Positions 1 to 8,361 of a stretch of 53,370 nucleotides of DNA are shown one piece after another (position 1 is the stretch's first letter; each line of letters begins with the position of its first letter). The DNA comes from Acidobacteriota bacterium. Its GTDB lineage: Bacteria > Acidobacteriota > JAAYUB01 > JAMOQF01. Under the pieces are notes generated by a model, which was not told the origin of the DNA, searched no databases, and saw only the letters and a program-made list of their open reading frames with translations. Made by a program: the position numbers and the translations under genes. Location: assembly GCA_027064125.1 (NCBI GenBank), contig JAMOQF010000065.1, positions 1 to 53,370 on the forward strand, written 5' to 3'.

Positions 1-14
1 TAAATTGATTTGGT

Positions 15-70
15 TGCCTGACACCACTTGATTTTTATTAATAAAAATTTTGCCTGGCACCTTTTTTTCA
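15..70 (+). repeat. REP-like dispersed element: TGCCTGACACC (15-25) + AT-rich spacer + TGCCTGGCACC (51-61) + T-run
   Basis: Near-identical two-motif unit at 12769-12816 and, inverted, at 7780-7816. Confidence 0.8.
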
Positions 71-134
71 TGTGGAGTTGTTTTTATCTTTTATATGTAT
101 TAAAATTTCCTTTAGCAGGAAGGATTGTGAAGAT

Positions 135-905
135 ATGGATTTTAAGAGTGAATATGAGATTAAAAAGGAGATTATTGAGATAGGAAGAAGGTGCTGGATT
201 AAGGGTTGGGTGGCATCAAATGATGGGAATATAAGTGTTAAACTCTCTGAAAATGAAATTTTGACCACCGTTACAGGTGTTAGCAAGGGATTTTTGACAA
301 TGGATATGATTGTTAAAGTGGATATGGATGGAAATTTAATTGAAGGCAAAAGGAAACCTTCTTCTGAACTTCCCATGCATCTTATGGTTTATAAAGTTCG
401 AAAAGATGCGGGAGCGGTTTTACACACTCACCCTCCCTATGCCACAGGCTTTGCTGTTTCAGGGGTTTCCCTTGAAGATTGCATATTGCCTGAGATAATC
501 TTAAGTATGGGAGCGATTCCCTTAACTCCCTATGGTACTCCCTCCACAGATGAGGTTCCCAATTCCATAAAACCCTATATTGAAAAGCATGAAGGGGTTT
601 TGATGAAAAATCACGGTGCCCTTACCATTGGAAAAAATCTTTTAGAGGCTTACTATAGGATGGAGAGTCTTGAACATGCCGCAAAGATTATTTTTATTTC
701 AAGGGAGTTAGGTGGAGTTTCTCTTCTGGGAGAAGAGGAAGTTAAAAAGTTGATGGAAGTGAGGAAAAAATACAATATCCCTGAAGATAAACCAATGTGT
801 AAGATAACTAAAGACAATAAAAAGGATGTGGATGATAAACTTGTTGAAGAGGTTGTAAAAAGGGTGAGTGAAAAGTTAAAAGAATTGAGTGGAGGAGATA
901 AATGA
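135..905 (+). CDS. Class II aldolase/adducin family protein (fuculose/rhamnulose-1-phosphate aldolase-like) with C-terminal amphipathic extension
   Basis: Motifs GNIS, PSSELPMH, HTHPPYA, LMKNHG. Start moved from ORF-track GTG 72 to ATG 135 (purine-rich RBS upstream, family homology starts there). Confidence 0.85.
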   Translation: MDFKSEYEIKKEIIEIGRRCWIKGWVASNDGNISVKLSENEILTTVTGVSKGFLTMDMIVKVDMDGNLIEGKRKPSSELPMHLMVYKVRKDAGAVLHTHPPYATGFAVSGVSLEDCILPEIILSMGAIPLTPYGTPSTDEVPNSIKPYIEKHEGVLMKNHGALTIGKNLLEAYYRMESLEHAAKIIFISRELGGVSLLGEEEVKKLMEVRKKYNIPEDKPMCKITKDNKKDVDDKLVEEVVKRVSEKLKELSGGDK

Positions 906-1216
906 ATAAGAGAAGAGATGAAAGGTACTATAAAAAAATTAGGATAAGAATTCAGGCGCCCGATGAGAATGGAAATTTTTTTGAAGAAGAGACATATGTG
1001 GAAAATTTTTCAAAGAATGGGTGCTGCATTTTAACCAGTAAGTTGATAAGGGAAAATGCACACATTATAATTTCTTCAATTGATGAAAGATTTGAATCGG
1101 AAGCAAAGGTGAAAAAAATCTGGCAGAAGGAAATAGATGGAAAGTTGAAAATGGGAGTTGAATTCTTAGATAACAGTGAAAACTGGTTGATGAATTATCT
1201 TGATAAGGAGGAATAA
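902..1216 (+). CDS. PilZ domain protein (c-di-GMP receptor)
   Basis: RRDER (RxxxR) and NFSKNG ([D/N]xSxxG) motifs, C-terminal MGVEF; ATGA overlap with upstream gene. Confidence 0.8.
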   Translation: MNKRRDERYYKKIRIRIQAPDENGNFFEEETYVENFSKNGCCILTSKLIRENAHIIISSIDERFESEAKVKKIWQKEIDGKLKMGVEFLDNSENWLMNYLDKEE

Positions 1217-2370
1217 TGGCAATAAAACCCCACGGTGGTATCCTGGTAAATAGATTGATAAAGGATGAAGAGAAAGAAGAATTCATTTCATCTCTTGGCC
1301 CTTTACCAGTAAAAAATGTAAATCAGCGTGAAGTATGTGATATTGAGATGATTGCTGTAGGTGCCTTTAGCCCCCTTGAGGGTTTTATGGGAAGGGATGA
1401 CTATGAATCTGTTCTTGATTTTATGAGGCTTCAAAATGGTGTTGTGTGGCCTTTACCAATAACTCTTTCCGCAACGGAAGAGGAGATTAAAGAAATTGGT
1501 TCCTCTGAGAGGATATTGCTTAAAGATGAAAGGAGTAATCTCCTTGCCCTTTTAGAAGTTGGGGAGATATTTAAAGTTGATAAAGAAGTGGAGGCTGGAA
1601 AGTGTTTAAAAACCACAAGTGATGAACATCCCGGTGTGAGATACTTAAAATCCATTGGGGATTACTATATTTCAGGTAAAGTAACTCTTATCAATAGACC
1701 CAGAAGACCTGATTTTGAAAGATATCTCCTTGATCCAAAGGAGACGAGATTTTTATTTAAGCGTAAAGGCTGGAAGAAGATTGTAGCCTTTCAGACGAGA
1801 AATCCAATTCACAGGGCACATGAATATCTCATTAAATGTGCCCTTGAAATTGTTGATGCAGTATTGATTCATCCCCTTGTGGGAGAGACAAAATCAGATG
1901 ATATTCCTGCCCATGTCAGAATGAAGTGTTATGAAGTTTTGCTTGATAATTACTTTCCAAAGACCCGTTCTACACTTTCAGTTTTTCCTGCGGCAATGAG
2001 ATATGCAGGTCCCAGAGAGGCAATACTTCACGCCATTGCCAGGAAAAATTATGGATGTACTCACTTCATAGTGGGGAGGGATCATGCTGGTGTGGGAAAT
2101 TTCTATGGCACCTATGATGCCCACTATATCTTCGATGAATTTGAAAGGGATGAGATAGATATTGAACCCCTATTTTTTGAACACTCCTTTTACTGTAGAA
2201 AATGTGGGTCCATGGCCTCCATAAAAACCTGTCCACATCCTTCAGAGGACCATTTCTTTTTAAGTGGAACAAAGGTGAGAAAGATGCTTCGAGAAGGAAA
2301 ACTTCCACCACCTGAGATGACAAGGCCTGAAGTTGCGGAAATTCTTGTAAGGGAATATAGGGGGGAATAA
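1216..2370 (+). CDS. sat: Sulfate adenylyltransferase (ATP sulfurylase, Sat type)
   Basis: PHGG start, GAFSPLEGFM, AFQTRNPIHRAHEY, MRYAGPREA, FIVGRDHAG, CxxC...CPH, LSGTKVR. Confidence 0.97.
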   Translation: MAIKPHGGILVNRLIKDEEKEEFISSLGPLPVKNVNQREVCDIEMIAVGAFSPLEGFMGRDDYESVLDFMRLQNGVVWPLPITLSATEEEIKEIGSSERILLKDERSNLLALLEVGEIFKVDKEVEAGKCLKTTSDEHPGVRYLKSIGDYYISGKVTLINRPRRPDFERYLLDPKETRFLFKRKGWKKIVAFQTRNPIHRAHEYLIKCALEIVDAVLIHPLVGETKSDDIPAHVRMKCYEVLLDNYFPKTRSTLSVFPAAMRYAGPREAILHAIARKNYGCTHFIVGRDHAGVGNFYGTYDAHYIFDEFERDEIDIEPLFFEHSFYCRKCGSMASIKTCPHPSEDHFFLSGTKVRKMLREGKLPPPEMTRPEVAEILVREYRGE

Positions 2371-2371
2371 A

Positions 2372-3760
2372 ATGAAAAAATTACTTATTATCGGTCTTGA
2401 TTGCGCTACTCCTCAACTTATGTTTGATGAGTATAGAGATGAATTGAAAAATATATCGTATCTGATGGAAAATGGCGTATATGGAAAAATGAAAAGCACT
2501 ATTCCCCCCATTACAGTGCCTGCCTGGACCTCCATGGTTACAGGAAAAGATCCAGGAGAACTTGGATTTTATGGTTTTAGGAATAGGAAAAGTTATGGCT
2601 ATGAGGATCTCTACTTTGCAAATGCAAGGTTTGTCAGGGAAAAAACTCTCTGGAACTATATGTCAATGAATAGGAAGCGTTCCATCATAGTGGGAGTTCC
2701 CCAAACATATCCTCCAAAGCCCTTAAATGGAATTTTGGTATCGAGTTTTTTAACCCCGGATAAAAACTCTCAATATACCTGGCCCAGAGACATTGCAAAA
2801 CGCCTTGATGAGATAGCGGATGGAGATTATATAATTGATGTTAAAAATTTTAGAACAGACGATAAGGACTGGCTTTTAGAACAGATTTACACAATGACTG
2901 AGAGGAGGTTTAAGGTTGTAAAGGAATTTTTAAGAGGTGAACCCTGGGATTTTTTCATGTTTGTTGAGATGGGAATTGACAGAATCCATCATGCCTTCTG
3001 GAGATTTTGCGATAAAAATCACAGACTATATGAAAAGGGAAATAGGTATGAGGATGCAATTTTAAATTACTATAAATTTGTGGATGAAAAAATTGGGGAA
3101 ATCCTTGAGATTCTGGATAAAGATACTTCCATTCTTGTTGTGAGCGACCATGGGGCAAAGGGAATGAAAGGGGGAGTTTGTATAAATGATTGGTTAATTG
3201 AAAAGGGTTATCTGAAATTGAATCGCAGGGTAGAGGGAATAGAGAAATTGAGACCAGATATGATTGACTGGAAGAATACAAAGGTCTGGGGTGAAGGTGG
3301 ATATTATGGAAGGATATTTTTCAATGTAGAGGATAGGGAGCCTGAGGGTGTAATCCCCAAAGAGGAATATGATTCCTTTAGAGATAAATTTATTGAAGAA
3401 TTGAAGGAAATAAGGGATGAAAATGGAAATGATATGGGAACGGTTGTGTATAAACCGGAAGAGGTTTACAGAGAGTGTAAAAATATACCTCCTGATTTAA
3501 TCGTCTATTTTGGAAATCTTGACTACAGATCTGCAGGAACTGTGGGACATAAAGAGATCTTAATATTTGAAAATGATACGGGACCTGATGATGCAAATCA
3601 CGCCCAGGAGGGGATTTTTATTTTTGCAGACTTTCAAAATAATTTTGGTGGAAAGGAAATTTATAATTCAATTTACAATATAACCCCCTTTGTGCTTGAT
3701 TTTTATGGGATAAAAGTAAATGGGGGATTTCAGGGAGAAAATTTTCTGAACAAAATTTAA
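2372..3760 (+). CDS. Alkaline phosphatase superfamily / type I phosphodiesterase-nucleotide pyrophosphatase family protein (Thr nucleophile)
   Basis: IIGLDCA, STIPPITVPAW, TGKDPG, DRIHH, VVSDHG, DDANH; no signal peptide. Confidence 0.9.
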   Translation: MKKLLIIGLDCATPQLMFDEYRDELKNISYLMENGVYGKMKSTIPPITVPAWTSMVTGKDPGELGFYGFRNRKSYGYEDLYFANARFVREKTLWNYMSMNRKRSIIVGVPQTYPPKPLNGILVSSFLTPDKNSQYTWPRDIAKRLDEIADGDYIIDVKNFRTDDKDWLLEQIYTMTERRFKVVKEFLRGEPWDFFMFVEMGIDRIHHAFWRFCDKNHRLYEKGNRYEDAILNYYKFVDEKIGEILEILDKDTSILVVSDHGAKGMKGGVCINDWLIEKGYLKLNRRVEGIEKLRPDMIDWKNTKVWGEGGYYGRIFFNVEDREPEGVIPKEEYDSFRDKFIEELKEIRDENGNDMGTVVYKPEEVYRECKNIPPDLIVYFGNLDYRSAGTVGHKEILIFENDTGPDDANHAQEGIFIFADFQNNFGGKEIYNSIYNITPFVLDFYGIKVNGGFQGENFLNKI

Positions 3761-3781
3761 AAAATTTTAGGAGGTTATCCA

Positions 3782-4381
3782 ATGGAAGGTTTTACTTTGT
3801 GGTTTACAGGTATGTCCGGTGCTGGAAAATCTACTCTTGCCAGAATGGTTGAGAAGGAACTTCTTGAGAGGGGACTAAAAGTTGAGGTGCTTGATGGGGA
3901 CATTGTGAGAACAAACCTGAGTAAGGGACTTGGCTTTTCTAAAGAAGACAGGGATGAGAATATAAGGAGAATTGGTTTTGTATGTCAACTCCTTTCCAGA
4001 AATGGAGTGGTGGCAATTGCCGCTGCAATATCTCCTTACAGGGAAATAAGAGATGAAAATAGGAGGAAAATTGGAAGATTTGTTGAGGTATATGTCAAGT
4101 GCTCAGTTGATAAATTGATAGAGAGGGATGTGAAAGGGCTATATAAAAAGGCCTTAAGTGGAGAGATAAAAAATTTTACTGGGATTTCTGATCCCTATGA
4201 GGAACCTTTGAATCCGGAAATAGTTGTTGATACTGAAAAAGAAACCCCTGAGGAAAGTTTTAAGAAAATAATTACAACCCTTGAAAAAATGGGATATATT
4301 CCCCCTTTGGAGATGGATGATTATTCTGAGGAGGAAGAGGAAAAAATCAAAAACAAACTGGAATCACTGGGGTATCTATGA
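3782..4381 (+). CDS. cysC: Adenylyl-sulfate (APS) kinase with C-terminal acidic LxxLGYL extension
   Basis: [13 protein letters not shown]-loop, [39 protein letters not shown]; GGAGG RBS. Confidence 0.96.
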   Translation: MEGFTLWFTGMSGAGKSTLARMVEKELLERGLKVEVLDGDIVRTNLSKGLGFSKEDRDENIRRIGFVCQLLSRNGVVAIAAAISPYREIRDENRRKIGRFVEVYVKCSVDKLIERDVKGLYKKALSGEIKNFTGISDPYEEPLNPEIVVDTEKETPEESFKKIITTLEKMGYIPPLEMDDYSEEEEEKIKNKLESLGYL

Positions 4382-5688
4382 TTTCCTTCTTAAATAAGTT
4401 TTTAAAAAGAAAAAAGAAAATTATCCTTATTGGGATTGATGGAGTTCCCTTTACCCTTTTAAAGGACTTAATTGAGAGGGGTAAACTTCCATTTTTAGGA
4501 AAGAAGTTTAAAGAAGGGATTTTTAAGGAAATTTATTCACCTCTGCCAGAGATTTCCTCTGTCAGTTGGTCAACATTTATGACCGGGAAAAATCCCGGTG
4601 AACATGGGATTTTTGGATTTACAGATGTCAGTAATGGTTATAATCTTTTCTTTCCAAATTTTGCTTCTCTGAGGGCAGAGCCCATCTGGGAACATTTACA
4701 GGAAAAAGATAAGAAGAGTGTAATAATAAATCTTCCCTCAACATATCCTGCAAGGAGGATAAATGGAGTTTTAATAAGTGGCTTTGTGGCCGTTGACTTA
4801 AATAGGGCGGTTTTCCCTCAAAATCTTTTGCCCTATTTAAATTCCATAGGGTATAAAGTTGATGTTGATAATTCCCTTGGGAAGAAGAATATTGAAGAAT
4901 TTCTAAAGGACCTTTTTGATGTTCTTGAAAAGAGATTTATTGTAGCAAAAAAACTGGTAAAAGATATTAATTGGGACTTTTTCATGTTGACCATCACAGG
5001 AAGTGATAGACTTCACCATTTTTTATTTAAAAATTTTTTAGATGAAAATAGCCCCTATCATGAAGAATTTATCAGATATTATAAAAAAATTGATGATTAT
5101 ATATCCGATTTTTTAATGGGAATTAAGAATGATTATCTTCTTCTTATGATGTCTGACCACGGATTTACAGAGGTCAGGAAAGAGGTATTTGTAAACAATA
5201 TACTTTTTGAAAATGGTTTTTTAAAGTTTAAATCCCATGAAAATAGGAGTTTTGAAGGGATAGATTTTTCAAAGACAACTGCCTTTGCCCTTGATCCGGG
5301 AAGGATATATTTAAATTTAAGGGGTAGATTTGAAAGGGGAAAAGTAGATGGCAGGGAAAGGGAGAAGATTGTAAGTGATATTAAAGAATTGTTTTACAAA
5401 CTTAATTTTGAGGGTGAAAAGATAATTAAAAATATCTTTGAGAAAGAAGAAATTTATGAGGGAAGTTTTTTAAGCGTGGCACCAGACATTATCCTTCAGT
5501 CTGAAGATGGATTTGATTTGAAGGCCTCTTTCAGAGAAATTGAAATTTTTGCTGATACACACTTTCAGGGGATGCATACAAGGGAAAATGCCTTTTTTTA
5601 TGGGGATAGTGAGTTTGAGGACCTGCTTATAAATGTGAAAGAGGTGAAGGATGTTGGGAATTTAATCTTAGACTATTTTGAAGTGTAG
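4378..5688 (+). CDS. Second alkaline phosphatase superfamily / phosphodiesterase family protein (Ser nucleophile)
   Basis: [40 protein letters not shown]; ATGA overlap with cysC. Confidence 0.9.
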   Translation: MISFLNKFLKRKKKIILIGIDGVPFTLLKDLIERGKLPFLGKKFKEGIFKEIYSPLPEISSVSWSTFMTGKNPGEHGIFGFTDVSNGYNLFFPNFASLRAEPIWEHLQEKDKKSVIINLPSTYPARRINGVLISGFVAVDLNRAVFPQNLLPYLNSIGYKVDVDNSLGKKNIEEFLKDLFDVLEKRFIVAKKLVKDINWDFFMLTITGSDRLHHFLFKNFLDENSPYHEEFIRYYKKIDDYISDFLMGIKNDYLLLMMSDHGFTEVRKEVFVNNILFENGFLKFKSHENRSFEGIDFSKTTAFALDPGRIYLNLRGRFERGKVDGREREKIVSDIKELFYKLNFEGEKIIKNIFEKEEIYEGSFLSVAPDIILQSEDGFDLKASFREIEIFADTHFQGMHTRENAFFYGDSEFEDLLINVKEVKDVGNLILDYFEV

Positions 5689-6707
5689 ATGTAGTTTAAA
5701 AGAAGATTAACTTCTTCCTTTGATAAATTATACCCTTTCATACAATTTGACCCCTTTGGAAAGGATGTGAGGTCTCTTTTTAGAAGAAAGTCTTCTAACT
5801 TTTTTCGTGGATATTTTTTAAAATCCAGAAACCCACCCCCTGTTGAAATTTTATTTTTGTCATTTTTGGGTGTATGACAGTTAAAACATCCCTTTTTAAA
5901 GAAGATGTCAAATACCCTATCCCCTTTATTTTCTTTAATTATATTTTCTGCCAGTTTATCAACTACTTGAGGTGGAATTTTTAGATTTTTTATCTCTTCT
6001 GCGTGATTTGAAAGCATGAAGAGTCTAAATTTTCCCCTATCTTTTATTTTAAACTCTTTGAAAAATTTTTTTGAATGACATACAAGACATCCACAGTCTG
6101 AAGGGGTTATCTTTTCCTTTTTGGAAAGTGATAGGGGGTTGTTTGAAATTTTTATTACCTGTTGAAATAAGGCAAAAAAGTATATGGAGAGAAATAGGGA
6201 AATTATTACAAAAAATTTATTTAATTTTTTTAGTTTTTTAGAGGGAGTGAAAAAGAGTGTGGTAAATAATAATATAGATAGCAGTATTAAAGCCCCATTC
6301 AGGGTTTTAGATAGAAATAGTTTTTTTATTCCAAGAGTAAACAGGATAATAGATGTGATTGAGATATTTAGTCTTTTAACTGCAATGTTTTTTTTCTCTG
6401 AAATTAAGAATAGGGAGAGAAAAATTAATGAGATGGAAAGAAGTAGCAGGAAAATAAAGGAAAAAATTTGAAGATCCCCTCCTTTTAACCTTGTCCAGGA
6501 AAAGGTGTTTTCATATCTAAGTTTTTCAAAGTAGAGAAAGTTTGAAAATAGGAATATGGATGCTAAAATAAAGTAGAAAAAGGTGAAGTTACTGGCTTTT
6601 TCAATTTTTTTCTTTAAAAATGTAAAGAAAATCATAAAGGAGAGCAAAAAAATTGCAAAGCCTGTCGTATCAAGTATGAAAAGGGGATCTTTGTATAGAA
6701 AGTCCAT
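5673..6707 (-). CDS. Membrane protein with about 6 N-terminal TM helices and a C-terminal di-heme c-type cytochrome domain
   Basis: Hydrophobic N-terminal half; two CxxCH motifs (CLVCH, CFNCH); distal Met candidate (NCMKG). Confidence 0.7.
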   Translation of the reverse strand: MDFLYKDPLFILDTTGFAIFLLSFMIFFTFLKKKIEKASNFTFFYFILASIFLFSNFLYFEKLRYENTFSWTRLKGGDLQIFSFIFLLLLSISLIFLSLFLISEKKNIAVKRLNISITSIILFTLGIKKLFLSKTLNGALILLSILLFTTLFFTPSKKLKKLNKFFVIISLFLSIYFFALFQQVIKISNNPLSLSKKEKITPSDCGCLVCHSKKFFKEFKIKDRGKFRLFMLSNHAEEIKNLKIPPQVVDKLAENIIKENKGDRVFDIFFKKGCFNCHTPKNDKNKISTGGGFLDFKKYPRKKLEDFLLKRDLTSFPKGSNCMKGYNLSKEEVNLLLNYIYTSK

Positions 6708-7628
6708 TTAAGCCATTCCTTCACAGAGGGATGTAGAGAGATATCTTTCACCTCTGTCTGCGCATATGAAAACTATATTGCCCTCTTCAATTTCCTCTGC
6801 AAGTTTCAGAGCCACATAGTAATTTGCCCCGGAACTTATACCTGCAAAAATTCCCTCTTTTTCGGCAAGAAGTTTTGTGTATTTTATTGCGTCTTCATCT
6901 GATACCAATACATGGCTTGAAATTATATCCTCACTCCAGATGGGAGGAATATAACTTCCATCGAGATGAAGTAGTCCCTCAATCTTTGATATTCCCTTAT
7001 CCGGTTCAACGGCAACTATCTTTGCATCATTATTTGTTTCAAATATCTTTTTTCCTGCTCCCATTAACATTCCACCTGTGCCTAAACCTGCCACAAAGTA
7101 GTCAACCTTTTCATCTTCCATGTCTCTTACTATTTCGCTCCCAGTTCCATGGTAGTGGGCATATACATTTCCCATATTTCCATTTTGATTCAGATAAAAG
7201 AAATTTTTCCCACCATCTTTTTCCATAAGTTCTTCACAAGCCTCTATGTGACTGTGGGGATTGTCGCCTGAGGTGAGGATAAGTTCTGCACCGTACATCC
7301 TCATTATTATTCTTCTCTCCAAACTTTTATTTTCTGGCATGTAGACTCTACATTTGTACCCCATTGCCCTTGAGATCATTGCCATTGCTATTCCTGTATT
7401 TCCACTTGAGGCGTCAACTATTGTTTTTTCCTTTGTAAGTTCTCCACTTTTTTCACCATCTTCAATTATATATTTTACAATTCTGTCTTTTAATGAACCG
7501 CTGGGATTAAACATTTCAAGTTTTGCATAGATATTTACCCCTTTTCTTTTGAAACTATTTTTAAGTTTAAGTAAAGGGGTATTTCCTATTAACTCATGAA
7601 TTGAATAAGATTTCCTTTTATCATCCAT
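6708..7628 (-). CDS. PLP-dependent cysteine synthase family protein (CysK/CysM-like)
   Basis: IGNTPL, KLEMFNPSGSLKDR, ASSGNTG, GLGTGG, GISSGA, DRGERYLS; ATG 7628 has GGAGGT RBS. Confidence 0.9.
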   Translation of the reverse strand: MDDKRKSYSIHELIGNTPLLKLKNSFKRKGVNIYAKLEMFNPSGSLKDRIVKYIIEDGEKSGELTKEKTIVDASSGNTGIAMAMISRAMGYKCRVYMPENKSLERRIIMRMYGAELILTSGDNPHSHIEACEELMEKDGGKNFFYLNQNGNMGNVYAHYHGTGSEIVRDMEDEKVDYFVAGLGTGGMLMGAGKKIFETNNDAKIVAVEPDKGISKIEGLLHLDGSYIPPIWSEDIISSHVLVSDEDAIKYTKLLAEKEGIFAGISSGANYYVALKLAEEIEEGNIVFICADRGERYLSTSLCEGMA

Positions 7629-7779
7629 TTTTACCTCCATAACCAAAAATAGTCAGTATAAACCAATGTCTTTTCCTTTTCAATAAAATCTCAAAATCTA
7701 CAATTGATTTTTGGGAAAGGGTATTTTTAAGAAGGAAATTAGAAAAAATTGAGGAATAAAGCAGGAAGTAAGTAAGAAA

Positions 7780-7907
7780 GGTGCCAGGCAAGATTTAAAA
7801 TAAAAAGTGTCAGGCAAAAAATTTAAGAGAAATTTAAGGGGCTTTTAGGGTGGGTAAGTAAGAAAACAGATTAAATTCTGACAAGGAGAAAAATTTGGTG
7901 TCAGGCA
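7780..7907 (-). repeat. Cluster of three REP-like motifs in inverted orientation (7780-7790, 7806-7816, 7897-7907)
   Basis: GGTGCCAGGCA, AGTGTCAGGCA, GGTGTCAGGCA are reverse complements of TGCCTGRCACY. Confidence 0.8.
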
Positions 7908-8361
7908 AAATTAGATAACTTAATAAATCTTGTTTACTAAACGCAAAACTTTCTTAATTCTTGAAAAGTGGAAAAGTGGTATTTGCTTTAAAGACAGTTT
8001 GCTTTACTTTAGATCTTTTTTGTTTTAACATTGTTCTTATTATGTGAGTGTTTTGTGAGTTTGCTTTCACCTTTTAGATAAATGGTAATTTTTTTATATC
8101 GCTTTATTTAAGCGCACATACAAGACTTTTTATAGGACAATCACGGATACGGTGAAATGAATTTTTATGGATGAAAAAATTTAAAAATGTTATACTTATA
8201 CCTTATTTTTTTGTTTAATTTATGAAATGAGCTGGAAACTTATCTTTCTATGGTGTTTGATATTTTTATATGGGGGATTTGTTGTATTTGTAATTTTAGA
8301 TGTAATATTTGGTTTTTGCTGTTCTCCGGGAATAAAGAAAAAGAAAAAGTGATGGGAAAAA

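Noticed and set aside
1216-4381. Dissimilatory or complete assimilatory sulfate reduction locus
   Set aside because: No aprAB, qmo, dsr, cysH or cysIJ in the window; only sulfate activation is supported
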